Part shown: positions 48,681 to 64,000 of the stretch, one piece after another
How the letters are laid out: every line of letters begins with the position of its first letter
Position numbering within the stretch: position 1 is the first letter of the stretch
Assembly: GCA_002269645.1 (NCBI GenBank)
Contig: NIVC01001013.1
Coordinates: 247,142-311,141, forward strand
Reading direction: 5' to 3'
Source of the DNA: Macrostomum lignano
Taxonomy: Eukaryota
DNA: 64,000 nucleotides
Made by a program: the position numbers and the translations under genes
The notes under the pieces: generated by a model
Database searches by the model: none
What the model was told of the DNA's origin: nothing
Seen by the model: only the letters and a program-made list of their open reading frames with translations

Positions 48681-49604
48681 TCAGGCCCTGATTTTTAGTG
48701 TTGCGCTAGATTCTATCAGGCCATTAGGTTAAAAAGCAATCAGAATTATTGGGTAGCAATGCCGATTTCCACTCCAGACACTTCCCAATCTCGAACTCCA
48801 TGGCTCGCAGCTCTCAGTCTCCTCTGGGCGCCTCATCGTTTCGTTTTCTCTTCTCGTCCCTACCCCATCAGAGAGCCGTCTTCTTTTACAGCAGCAGCAG
48901 CAGCAGCAGCAGAAGCGTTCTCTCCCTGTCCGTCTGTCCGTCTGTCTGCCTGTCTGCCCGAATTGTGACACGAGATCAGGTGAAACTTGAAGCTGCGCGG
49001 AACAAAAAACTCAGAGGCAAGTCGAATCACGCTGCTGCTGCTGCTGCTGCTGCTGCTGCGAGGGGGATAATTAAGCAAAGTTTTGTGGAAGTTTGGAGCT
49101 AAAATTCCCGGATAAAAATGTAGATAAAAATTATTGCCCAGCGCTTAATTAACACATCGTACGAAAGTTCGATTCGAGTGTATCCAAGCAGCTCTCCTGG
49201 ACCCAATTAGAGCATACAGCTCAGAGAATTGTTCTTCTCAGACAGCAGTGTTTGCTAATCGGATCATCGGAGGCGAAGTTTGCCATTCGCCCCTTCGGCT
49301 TTTTCACAGGAAGAAATCCCAGGTGATTGCGCGAGTTTGTCTTGAGGCGGCGCAGAGCACACAGTGCGCAGGCTGTCAACACGCTCTGCTTCCAGGAGAA
49401 CTGTAGTCTATAGAGTTTGTTTCTTTCTCTCTCTACTCTCTTCTTTTAGAAGACACGAGGCGAGGTGCAAAAGTGTATAGTAGCGTGAGTTAAATAATCC
49501 CCAGTGTCATGCAAGGTGTCACACTCACTGACAGGCCGACAGACCGTTCTTGGTGAATATGCAGTAGATTACACAGTCCACTCAATACACTCAAATGTGG
49601 ATGT

Positions 49605-52700
<3,096 letters not shown>

Positions 52701-53664
52701 TCAGTGAATTTGAGACAGTATTTAGCTTTAGCGGTGACTTAAGTCGCGATTCAATCGAATTGTTTCGGCAAAAATTTACACGGAAAGATGTTGTGCAAGA
52801 TCCCAAGAAAAAAACATGACAATATCCTTGATTAGAACACCAAAAGCTAGCCCGGAGCAGCCCCCACATCCATACGAATGCAGTGAAATGGCCAACCAGC
52901 AGTCATCCGGGGGGTAACGCAGGCGGACACGCGAGCCTCGGTCGTGTGGACTTAAGCTCCTAATCGGCTTAGCCCTCTGTGAAACTTTGAAGAAACTTCG
53001 CTACTGACTGGCGGCACCTGCGGCTGCCCCGGAGCCTCTTGCGTCACCGGGCAGAGGCCGGGAGGAGATACATGCATTAGGAGAAAAAATATTGGGTAAG
53101 GACGGGAAGAACGAGCGGTATGAAATTCAGTCAAAACTGCGTCATCCATCCAATATTCTATCTTAGATTTCAGCTCCACAAGAGGTAGGTCAATTTTTTT
53201 CGATATCAACCTCGAGCGCCCAGGCCTAGCAACTAAAATCCCCTTTGGAGTTTAGAGTGGGCCGATGCCATTGGCCACCTGTGCGGCCGTTCAATTGGTC
53301 TCGTATCACTGTGGGGATTAGGGCCATAGAGCGTGAGCTCAATTCAGCGTGAAGGGCGTTGGAGACCGCTGCTCAATTAGTTCCCATTCAGGATATTTCT
53401 GTTCGCTAAATTAGCCCTGAGTCGGCCGTGAGTTGAGCTGTATATGGTCCGCAGTTGAAATTGCGATTGCATCTGCCTACTCTGAGTAGTCTAGTTTGAA
53501 TGTGCGAGTGCGTGGCTGATAAAACAGTCGTTTTAGATTAGAAATAGACTATGTCTTTAGACAGTAACAGGCAGTGTCTGTCGAAGGAGTAGCTGTAATA
53601 TACGCTCGTACATAGATTGGAACAAGGTAGGGTCTTGAGTGTCTAGGCACTGTAAACAGTCACA

Positions 53665-54150
53665 GATACAGCCGTAATGGTTGTGTCTAGGTAACTGTTA
53701 ACTGTAAACAGGAACAGGTACAGCCGTAATGGTTGTGTCTAGTTAACTGTTAACTGTAAACAGGAACAGGTACAGCCGTAATGGTTGTGTCTAGGTAACT
53801 GTTAACTGTAAACAGGAACAGGTACAGCCGTAATGGTTGTGTCTAGTTAACTGTTAACTGTAAACAGGAACAGGTACAGCCGTAATGGTTGTGTCTAGTT
53901 AACTGTTAACTGTAAACAGGAACAGGTACAGCCGTAATGGTTGTGTCTAGTTAACTGTTAACTGTAAACAGGAACAGGTACAGCCGTAATGGTTGTGTCT
54001 AGTTAACTGTTAACTGTAAACAGGAACAGGTACAGCCGTAATGGTTGAGTCTAGGTAACTGTTAACTGTAAAGAGGAACAGGTACAGCCGTAATGGTTGT
54101 GTCTAGGTAACAGTTAACTGTAAAGAGGAACAGGTACAGCCGTATAGGTA
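53665..54150. repeat. 52-bp minisatellite
   Basis: Unit TTAACTGTTAACTGTAAACAGGAACAGGTACAGCCGTAATGGTTGTGTCTAG. Confidence 0.92.
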
Positions 54151-56034
54151 TAGTGTCTAGCTTCACAGCAATCCGATTCTATCGACGTCCCATGACAAAT
54201 ATGGGCTTTTGCAATACATCGACGGGACCTTGATCAGAGTTTTACCGCCTTCTCGGACAGGACGCAGCTCCGCAAAGAAGGGCTCCACAAGGTCGATGTG
54301 CTGCGAACAAGGCCGTGTGGGGTATAGCTAGGGTTCGGAAATTCGGCAGTAGAAGAGGCTGTTGCAAAGCATGAGCTGGGCGAGGCGAAGCCAAAGCTAA
54401 AGAAAACGCTAGACGCAACGACACTTCACCGAAAGCTATAGGAACGCTGGGCGGAAAAAGAGGCTGAGGCAACAAAATAATAGGTCTAGAAGAAGGCAAC
54501 TCAATAGATGCGATAAAGCAAAGCGCTGCAGCTAAAAGACAGCAGTGAGCCCCAGTCCCATTTCAGATCGGACAATGGCGAGTCGGCGAGACGAGCGAGG
54601 CGGTTGACAGGCGGAAAAAACCCCGGCGAAAAAAAGTTATCGAGCGTGGGTGGCGCAGGAGGTCCGCCGGCGGGGAGGAGCATCAGGCGCACCCAAATTT
54701 GGCGACCAACCCGAGGAGCGTGGCAACCGGCCCGGTGGACGTGCGGAATACGGTAAAAAGACTCAAGACTAGACCTCCCCTAATCGCTCGAACGCAATCT
54801 AGGCAAAACAATAACGCCTAGGTAATTAACCGCGCCCAAATAGCAACTCGCTTGTTCAGTGTTAAAAGACCGGAAAAGCGTGCCACGCCCACGCGTAAAT
54901 TCACCCCTACAGCGGCAGGGGGGGGGGGCGAGATTGAACTAATAATATATATAAAGGCTCGCCTCGGCCCCGAGTGGAGTTGAGCCGGGAGTTTTAAGCG
55001 ATACTTCACTTTTAACTTGGTATTAAAACTATTCGTTCGCGCGTTATTTCTTCAACTACGAGGCCGCAGAGAGGCTAAACAGATCGAGGAGCTTACGGCG
55101 AGTCCGGTCGATTACATTGGTCAGCAGCACACACGCGCGGTCTTCTCACAATGCCACCTTCGCCCGTCCTTTCCACTGCCTATACTAAAACTGACACCTT
55201 CATCACCAACAACAGCAGCAGCAACAGCAGCAGCAACACCAACAGCAGCAGCAACAACACCAGCAACAGCTAGCACTCTGGGCTCAATTTCCGAGCATTG
55301 AAGAAGAAGCTAGAAGAAGTATTTTGGGTGCAGCTGCTGGAAGCGAAGAGTGCTGCACATCCGGCATGAGCTGCAGTTCACTGGGGCAAAAGGTAACGGT
55401 CGCGACTAAATACACTTAGTATGTGTAAAAATAAAAGAACATGATGTCTTGTATTTTATTAGTTTTTAGACGGTTCCCCCCTCAGTAACTCGTAGTTACA
55501 ATCGAATAAAAGTAAGACTCATGTTTCCCTTATTTCCATTGGATTAAGGAAAATTCTTTAAAAATTATTATATTAGTAAACTAAAGAGGTACTTCGTTTT
55601 CGATACAGGAGCTGAAGTGAAACTAATTTATGTGACAGTTAAAATTGATTCTTTTGAACTTCACACGTGTTTAGGTTTCGTCAAATTTATTTTGTGCTTT
55701 TAAGTATGAAGTTTATACGATACATGTACGTTGGCTGATTTAAACCAATTTTTATTTACAAAAGTGCTCTATTTCACCATTTTTTTGCAGAAAGATATCA
55801 GTATGTTTTTTTCAATCATCTGTATGACATTTTTTTCACTCATAGGCATGGCATTCATAGCACAGCCCGCGCTAAAATTATCACTTCAAATGTAAATAAA
55901 CAATTTTGTACAATAAAATTTTTGTATTAGCGCATTTTTCGTTTCCATATTCTGCTTATTTTAATCAATCTAAAAATATGAGCTGGAAAGAAAAATGTTG
56001 TTTAAATAAAGGCAATTTTTAGACGCACCCTTAT

Positions 56035-56668
56035 AAGGTAACTGTAAACAGGCACAGGTACAGCCGTATAGGCAGTGTCTAGCTAATTGTAAACAGGCAC
56101 AGGTACAGCCGTATAGGCAGTGTCTAGCTAATTGTAAACAGGCACAGGTACAGCCGTATAGGCCGTGTCTAGCTAATTGTAAACAGGCACAGGTACAGCC
56201 GTATAGGCAGTGTCTAGCTAATTGTAAACAGGCACAGGTACAGCCGTATAGGCAGTGTCTAGCTAATTGTAAACAGGCACAGGTACAGCCGTATAGGCAG
56301 TGTCTAGCTAATTGTAAACAGGCACAGGTACAGCCGTATAGGCCGTGTCTAGCTAATTGTAAACAGGCACAGGTACAGCCGTATAGGCCGTGTCTAGCTA
56401 ATTGTAAACAGGCACAGGTACAGCCGTATAGGCAGTGTCTAGCTAATTGTAAACAGGCACAGGTACAGCCGTATAGGCCGTGTCTAGCTAATTGTAAACA
56501 GGCACAGGTACAGCCGTATAGGCAGTGTCTAGCTAATTGTAAACAGGCACAGGTACAGCCGTATAGGCCGTGTCTAGCTAATTGTAAACAGGCACAGGTA
56601 CAGCCGTATAGGCCGTGTCTAGCTAATTGTAAACAGGCACAGGTACAGCCGTATAGGCCGTGTCTAGG
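56035..56668. repeat. 45-bp minisatellite (~14 copies)
   Basis: Unit CTAATTGTAAACAGGCACAGGTACAGCCGTATAGGC(A/C)GTGTCTAG. Confidence 0.93.
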
Positions 56669-57244
56669 TAAGGGACAAGAACTAGGTTGGTAGTGCCTAC
56701 AGAAGGCACGGCCACTGTCTGACACATAGGACAAGAAAAATCGAGCTCAAGTTGCGCAATCAACAAGGGCCAGGCGCATATAGACAGAGTTAAGATCAGG
56801 ATCAAATACTGGGACACAATGAGCTCCAGTCGTCATGCTTGACCCTCTGTATCGCGCATCGCTGATCATCCGCACTGAAGTTTTTTGCGGAATCCTTAAG
56901 ACCCCGCCTGGCAACTATAGAACTGACCGAAGCCCGAATGAGCCTATAGGACATGCAGGGATAGCAACTCAGGCCTTCGGTGTTGGCCAACAAAGCAATT
57001 CGCAATTCACACTTCATTTATTTTAGCCTTTAGAAAGAAATTCTTCATTGTAAGAAAAGACCTACTGGTCCATTATTGGAACAATCTTTCCATTCGGGGA
57101 GTGACATCACATCGAGAGTAAGGGTCAAAAAAACTTAACAGATGCTAGCAGTAGTAATAGTAACTCGCGATTTCCATATAATAATCAGATTAACTATTTG
57201 TTTCCTGAATCAATGGAATTTGAGGTAGCTCGAGAATCTGGCAA

Positions 57245-58025
57245 AATTGGTGTCAGGAGTCGCCAGAATGGGTGTCAGGAGTCACCAGAATAGGCGTCAG
57301 GAGTCGCCAGAATGGTTGTCAGGAGTCACCAGAATAGGCGTCAGGAGTGGCCAGAATGGGTGTCAGGAGTCACCAGAATAGGCGTCAAGAGACGCCAGAA
57401 TGGGTGTCCGGAGGCGCCAGAATGGGTGTCAGGAGTCGCCAGAATGGGTGTCAGGAGTCACCAGAATGGGTGTCAGGAGTCGCCAGAATGGGTGTCAGGA
57501 GTGGCCAGAATGGGTGTCAGGAGTTGCCAGAATGGGTGTCAGGAGTCACCAGAATAGGCGTCAGGAGTGGCCAGAATGGGTGTCAGGAGTCACCAGAATA
57601 GGCGTCGAGAGTCGCCAGAATAAGTGTCAGGAAATGGCAGAATGGGTGTCAAGAGTCGCCAGAATGGGTGTCAAGAGATGCCAGAATGGGTGTCAGGAGA
57701 TGCCAGAATTGGTGTCAGGAGATGCCAGAATGGGTGTCAGGAGATGCCAGAATGGGTGTCAAGAGATGCCAGAATGGGTGTCAGGAGATGCCAGAATTGG
57801 TGTCAGGAGATGCCAGAATGGGTGTCAGGAGATGCCAGAATGGGTGTCAGGAGATGGCAGAATGGGTGTCAGGAGTTGCCAGAATGGGTGTCAGGAGATG
57901 CCAGAATTGGTGTCAGGAGATGCCAGAATGGGTGTCAGGAGTTGCCAGAATGGGTTTCAGGAGATGCCAGAATGGGTGTCAGGAGTTGCCAGAATGGGTG
58001 TCAGGAGATGGCAGAATGGGTGTCA
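57245..58025. repeat. ~22-bp minisatellite
   Basis: Unit CCAGAATGGGTGTCAGGAG(TCG/ATG). Confidence 0.9.
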
Positions 58026-59179
58026 GATGCAATTAGTTAAAGAAGCAACAAACACAATGAAAAACTGCGCTGCTAATATTTTATAGTTAAACTAATCAAA
58101 ACATATGCTTAGCTCGCAGCTCTCTAACCAACGACCAATGATCCTCGGCGCCTGGATTAGCTGGGAACCAAAATCGGAAATGATATAAAAAACAAATTCA
58201 TTAATTTATTTGCTATTGAGAAATAGTACGCACGATTAATTAAGCTTATAGTAGTATATATAGCAACGATCGGTATTAAATAGCATAAAAATAGATTCAC
58301 AGGCCAACAGTACAAAATAAATAAGGTTTAAGAAGATTTATAAAAATCCAAGCCACAGGCAGACAGACTGGCGGGTGAGAGTAAAAATTGTAATAATTAC
58401 AGTCAATATTGATATACAACCGGCATTTCGAGCTGATAAAAATTCAAGCTTAACTTACTTTTATATAAACGATATTAATTAAGCATACAGTACTGAAATT
58501 GATCGGCTCTTATAACCTCAACACATTTATTTTCGGGTCTGTGGTGTTAAAATTAACGCAAACAGATAGGCAAAATTTATTAACAAGCCCTTTATTATAT
58601 ATTGCGGAATGGAAATCATAATCTGGTTTAATACGCTAAAAAGGGCCAATTTCAAAAAGTAGCTTCATAATCGATCATTTAGTTGACAATTATAAATCAG
58701 ATAATTTTACTGCGCGAAACAGCTTACTGATAAGTAGGCTGGCTAGGTTAGAAAAGTGAGCAAATCGATCATTTTGAAATAAGGCGTTTTTTGATAAATC
58801 CATATTGTACTAATTAGTAGGGAAGGAGCAGTGGAGGGCACATGTACAATGCCATATAGTATCTACAATGGAAATAGTTTTCTTTTACCCAATTAATTTT
58901 ATAACATTATTTAATAGACAATGCAATACATTACAAAATAATATTTTCGTTAATTTACTTTGTTTGTAATACAATACTTTCAAGAAGCCGATTACAGCTA
59001 CTACTTAACGAATAGTAGCTTGAAAGGACATTTATATTCATCAAAAAAACCGCTCTACTTAAAGTACCAATAAGGAGTTCTAGACGAAAAAACTTAAGAG
59101 AGAAAGTTAAAAACTCAATAAGTTCTTTTATGTCCAGGAATTAATTAAAAGATTAACGATGTATGCCAGAGTGGACTGT

Positions 59180-59745
59180 CAGGGGGCGCTAGAATCGGCG
59201 CTAGGGGGCTCTAGAATCGACGTTAGGGGGCGCTAGAATCGGCGCTAGGGGGCTCTAGAATCGACGTTAGGGGGCGCTAGAATCGGCGCTAGGGGGCGCA
59301 TGTGCAAGGTTGTGTCAGGGGTCGCCAGAATCGGTTGTCAGGGGAGCGCCAGAATCGGTTGTCAGGGGAGCGCCAGAGTCGGTTGTCAGGGGGCGCCAGA
59401 ATAGGTTGTCGGGGGCGCCAGAATAGGTTGTCAGGGGCGCCAGAATAGGTGTCAGGGGAGCGCCAGAGTCGGTTGTCAGGGAAGCGCCAGAATAGGTGTC
59501 AGGGGGCGCCAGAATAGGTTGTCAGGGGAACATCAGAATAGGTGTCAGGGGAGCGCCAGAATCGGTTGTCAGGGGGCGCTAGAATAGGTTGTCGGGGGCG
59601 CCAGAATAGGTGTCAGGGGCGCCAGAATAGGTTGTCAGGGGGCGCCAGAATAGGTGTCAGGGGAGCGCCAGAATAGGTGTCAGGGGCGCTAGAATAGGTG
59701 TCAGGGGCGCTAGAATAGGTGTCAGAGGGCGCTAGAATCGGCCCC
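59180..59745. repeat. ~22-24-bp minisatellite
   Basis: Units (G)TTGTCAGGGGGCGCCAGAATAG and GGGGGCGCTAGAATCGGCGCTA. Confidence 0.88.
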
Positions 59746-60404
59746 AGGGTCATTATGAAAGCTATTGACAGAGCTGATGCAAAAATTTTGATTTTTTAAG
59801 GCAGCTGACCTGCAAAGTGAAGCTGGCTAGCGAGTTTCCTAATCCAGATTTCGTATCTAGAACTCCACGACTGCAAAAAGGTGGGAGAAAGGAAACCGAA
59901 TGAGAAAAATATTAATTTATAGAAACTATTAACAGACATGATTGATAATTGTAAGTAATATAAGTAGCTGATGCAATATATATACGCAGGCAAACAATAG
60001 CCAGTTATAATTTTAGGAAATGCAACAGGATCAGCAGGTGTGCAGTAAGAGAGCGGAGCGATGGAAGAAAGCCATCTCAGGGGCACGAAGGGAAAATGGG
60101 ATCGGCGGCAATAAAAACGGGGACTTTTGTTTAGGCTTAGATATTTTAAACAAAAAATAGACAGGGTTTAAAGCAGCGGAGCACGTTAATAAAGCTTTAG
60201 TAAAAAAATTACCTGCTTAAGTATTTTTCAGAATAACCGGTGATAATTAAAAATTAATCAAGTTTTCACAATATTGATCGTAGAAAAACAGTGGCAGGCA
60301 TAAACGGTAGCTTTGAGAAAGATTCACTGTTGGTAAGGCTAAAAACTGTTTAAAAGGCTATGTCGAACATTGTGTTACATTTTTATGCTCTGGGAAGGTG
60401 ACGG

Positions 60405-61375
60405 TGGTGGCCCAGCAATTGAGGATCTGGGAAGCTGGCCCAGCAACTGACACTCTGGGAGGCTGGCCCAGCAACTGACACTCTGGGAAGCTGGCCCAGC
60501 AACTGACACTCTGGGAGGCTGGCCCAGCAACTGAGGATCTGGGAGGCTGGCCCAGCAACTGAGGATCTGGGAAGCTGGCCCAGCAACTGAGGATCTGGGA
60601 AGCTGGCCCAGCAACTGAGGATCTGGGAAGCTGGCCCAGCAACTGACACTCTGGGAGGCTGGCCCAGCAACTGAGGATCTGGGAGGCTGGCCCAGCAACT
60701 GAGGATCTGGGAAGCTGCCCTAGCAACTGAGGATCTGGGAAGCTGCCCCAGCAACTGAGGATCTGGGAAGCAGGCCCAGCAACTGACACTCTGGGAGGCT
60801 GGCCCAGCAACTGAGGATCTGGGAGGCTGGCCCAGTAACTGAGGATCTGGGAGGCTGGCCAAGCAACTGAGGATCTGGGAAGATGGCCCAGCAACTAAGA
60901 TCTGGGAGGTCGGCCCAGCAATTGAGGATCTGGGAGGCTGGCCCAGCAACTGAAGATCTGGGAGGCTGGCCCAGCAACTGAGGATCTGGGAGACTGGCCC
61001 AGCAACTGACACTCTGGGAGGCTGGCCCAGCAACTGAGGATCTGGGAGGCTGGCCCAGCAACTGAGGATCTGGGAGACTGGCCCAGCAACTGAGGATCTG
61101 GGAGACTGGCCCAGCAACTGACACTCTGGGAGGCTGGCCCAGCAACTGAAGATCTGGGAGGCTGGCCCAGCAACTGAGGATCTGGGAGACTGGCCCAGCA
61201 ACTGACACTCTGGGAGGCTGGCCCAGCAACTGAGGATCTGGGAGGCTCGCCCAGCAACTGAGGATCTGGGAGGCTCGCCCAGCAACTGAGGATCTGGGAG
61301 GCTCGCCCAGCAACTGACACTCTGGGAGGCTCGCCCAGCAACTGACACTCTGGGAGGCTGGCCCAGCAACTGAGT
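60405..61375. repeat. 28-bp minisatellite (~34 copies)
   Basis: Unit CTGA(GGA/CAC)TCTGGGAGGCTGGCCCAGCAA. Confidence 0.93.
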
Positions 61376-62199
61376 ATGGTGGTGGAGACATGACATACCT
61401 AAACAGAACACAGAAGCCTAATTATTCTCCAATCGTGATATCGTCTGGAGGATGTCTCCCTTAAAAAGAGAGAAACTCCGGTTAACATAATTGAGTAAAA
61501 GGGCATTATTATACGATAGCAAACTGACATAAATGAATATTAAAGTTTACTAATTTAATAAACAAAGCAAATCAAGGCATGCATGCAACGTGATTATGTA
61601 ATTATTTGACCAACAATTTTGGGAATGGAAGGCTTCAACCTATAGCTTTGATAGACAGACAGGCAGATATTTATAAAGCGGTACTACTCTTGATAATTTT
61701 AAAAGGCACATACGTTTACAACAGTGGAAATTGTTGCACATCAGAGCTTCCAATAGAATGACTAAATAAAATGTGCGCACCTTGAAAAATTCTAATACTA
61801 TTTGTACACTAATAGTGCATTATATGAAATAGACATTCTGTCGCACTGACTCACTCAATTAAAGCGTACTAATGTAATCGAGTTACAAACAAGGCTCCTT
61901 CTTAAGCCCCTGGATCAAATGCGCACGCAACGTTAGGATTGTCTTACAGGTGAAGGAAATTTTCTGACGCCATACTGCCCTAGCAACTAGCTTCAAGTCT
62001 CTCGAACCAGTCAAATCTTGGCTCGCTTCATTTTTAAGCATAAAAGACCGTCGGTCTGCCGCGCATGCGGCTTAGGGTGGAACGCTGTGCAATTTCAATA
62101 TTGAAATGTGCTCTTGCATGCGGTGCACACTGACTTTTGACTCACTATCCACTCTAAGGACAAAAATCTATATTTAGATCAGCATGTACTTTAAGTGCG

Positions 62200-63080
62200 A
62201 TGCTAAACACCACCCCATGATACTTCAGGTGCGATGCTAAACACTACCCCATGATACTTCAGGTGCGATGCTAAACACCACCACATGATACTTCAGGTGC
62301 GATGCTAAACACCACCCTCAGATACTTCAGGTGCGATGCTAAACACAACCCTCAGGTACTTCAGGTGCGATGCTAAACACTACCCTCAGATACTTCAGGT
62401 GCGATGCTAAACACCACCCTTAAATGCTTCAGGTGCGATGCTAAACACCACCCTCAGGTACTTCAGGTGCGATGCTAAACACCACCCTCAGATACTTCAG
62501 GTGCGATGCTAAACACAACCCTCAGATACTTCAGGTGCGATGCTAAACACCACCCTTAAATGCTTCAGGTGCGATGCTAAACACCACCCTCAGATACTTC
62601 AGGTGCGATGCTAAACACCACCCTCAGATACTTCAGGTGCGATGCTAAACACTACCCTCAGGTACTTCAGGTGCGATGCTAAACACAACCCTCAGATACT
62701 TCAGGTGCGATGCTAAACACCACCCTTAAATGCTTCAGGTGCGATGCTAAACACTACCCTCAGGTACTTCAGGTGCGATGCTAAACACCACCCTCAGGTA
62801 CTTCAGGTGCGATGCTAAACACTACCCTCAGGTACTTCAGGTGCGATGCTAAACACCACCCTCAGGTACTTCAGGTGCGATGCTAAACACCACCCTCAAA
62901 TGCTTCAGGTGCGATGCTAAACACTACCCTCAGGTACTTCAGGTGCGATGCTAAACACCACCCTCAGGTACTTCAGGTGCGATGCTAAACACCACCCTCA
63001 GGTACTTCAGGTGCGATGCTAAACACCACCCTCAAATGCTTCACGTGCGATGCTAAAAACCACCCTCAAATGCTTTAGGT
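62200..63080. repeat. 34-bp minisatellite (~25 copies) just 3' of the Rap2 stop
   Basis: Unit AGGTGCGATGCTAAACACCACCCTCAG(G/A)TACTTC. Confidence 0.93.
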
Positions 63081-63165
63081 GCGATTGTAAACATAATCTA
63101 CATCACTCTAGAAGAAGCTCATAGCAACGCGGGCACAGGCAGACACGGGAGTGCACGAGAGTCAG

Positions 63166-63580
63166 TCAGAGAATGGCGCAGCAGCATCCGGATCCACCAG
63201 ACCTGGCCTTGGCTACGGCGCTCATCTCGCCGACGGCCACGCGGAATACCTCCTCAATGTTGTAGCCAGTCTTGGCCGAGGCCTCCAGGTAAGGACACGA
63301 CCAGGCTCGGCTGAGACTCTCGCCCATGTCCGGCGCTACCTGACGATAATCGGCCAGGTCGGCCTTGTTGCCAACCAGCACAATGGGACTGTTGGATTGG
63401 CCTTTGACTCGGTTAATCTGATCGCGCAACTGCTGTATATCTTGAAACGTCTGCATGGATGTTACGCTGAAGACTACAACAAAGCCTTGGCCATTTTTTA
63501 TGTATAAATCGCGCATTGAGGCGAACTGCTCCGTGCCAGCCGTGTCCAGAATCTCCAGCACTGCCGGCTGCTGGTCAACA
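63166..63580 (-). CDS. RAP2: Rap2-like Ras-family small GTPase, 3' coding exon only (5' exon with the G1 box not seen, probably beyond the window end)
   Basis: VDQQPAVLEILDTAGTEQFASMRDLYIKNGQGF (Rap2-type switch II), NKAD (G4), EASAK (G5) and C-terminal CCCAIL CAAX box. Acceptor ctccccag at 63582-63581 (phase 2). The ORF-track N-terminus upstream of this is intronic. Confidence 0.88.
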
Positions 63581-63744
63581 CTGGGGAGAGTGAGGCAGGT
63601 ATAAATTGCCTTATTATCAGCATTTGGGTGGCTGGGTGGCCGGCTGTCTTGCGCAACTACACAGTGCACTAGATAGAATCAATACAAGTGACTCAGCAGG
63701 GTTAGGGTCCGACCATTACAAGTATCGTACTGTCAATCAAAAAC

Positions 63745-64000
63745 GGCTCATGGGGGAACTGCTGAGATGTCAAGGCTCATAATGGGAGAATTGCTGAGAT
63801 GTCAAGGCTCATAATAGGGGGGAATTGCTGAGATGTCAAGGCTCATAATAGGGGGGAATTGTTGAGATGTCAAGGCTCATATTGGGGGAATTGCTGAGAT
63901 GTCAAGGCTCATAATGGGGGGAATTGCTGAGATGTCAAGGCTCATATTGGGGGAATTGCTGAGATGTCAAGGCTCATAATGGGGGGAATTGCTGAGATGT
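63745..64000. repeat. ~31-bp minisatellite in the Rap2 intron (runs off the window)
   Basis: Unit GGGGGAATTGCTGAGATGTCAAGGCTCATA(A)T. Confidence 0.9.

Noticed and set aside
54245-54480. Coding-like stretch (FSDRTQLRKEGLHKVDVL*...AVEEAVAKHELGEAKPKLKK...) that might be a decayed retroelement ORF
   Set aside because: Interrupted by stops, with no recognisable motif; would need tBLASTn or HMM support.
53665-63080. CRISPR-like appearance of the 28-52-bp repeat arrays
   Set aside because: Units are head-to-tail with no unique spacers, there are no cas genes, and the context is eukaryotic.
63581-63669. N-terminal part of the 167-aa ORF (MHCVVAQDSRPP...)
   Set aside because: It lacks the Ras G1 box and lies upstream of a clear acceptor at 63581; treated as intron.

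Overview
Eukaryotic (metazoan) genomic DNA, not prokaryotic. It has GT-AG spliced genes, GC-rich poly-Ala/Gln/Gly coding exons, AT-rich flanks and about 30 minisatellite arrays. This style is consistent with a flatworm such as Macrostomum (inference, not proven). Seven protein-coding genes can be modelled by hand: DNAJC17/Cwc23-like (+), TFIP11/Ntr1-like (+), ROPN1L-like (-), SMAP-type ArfGAP (+), two convergent Otx homeobox genes (+ and -), and the 3' exon of a Rap2-like GTPase (-). There is also a hAT-type MITE with an 8-bp TSD and a tRNA-headed CORE-like SINE with an inverted partial copy. Three observations stand out. (1) The two Otx paralogs share a 968-nt coding exon differing at only 2 positions; identity ends at the splice acceptor and the stop codon, while exon 1, introns and 3' UTRs are strongly diverged. 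This suggests exon-restricted gene conversion across a 1.9-kb-spaced inverted repeat that could also flip and swap the 3' UTRs. (2) A 19-bp tandem array carries 20 TAATCC (K50/Otx-type) sites, and dispersed sites are enriched around the Otx pair. (3) DNAJC17 and TFIP11, whose yeast orthologs Cwc23 and Ntr1/Spp382 are spliceosome-disassembly partners, sit in tandem with features of a trans-spliced operon. Most long ORFs in the supplied track are repeat or antisense-frame artefacts.
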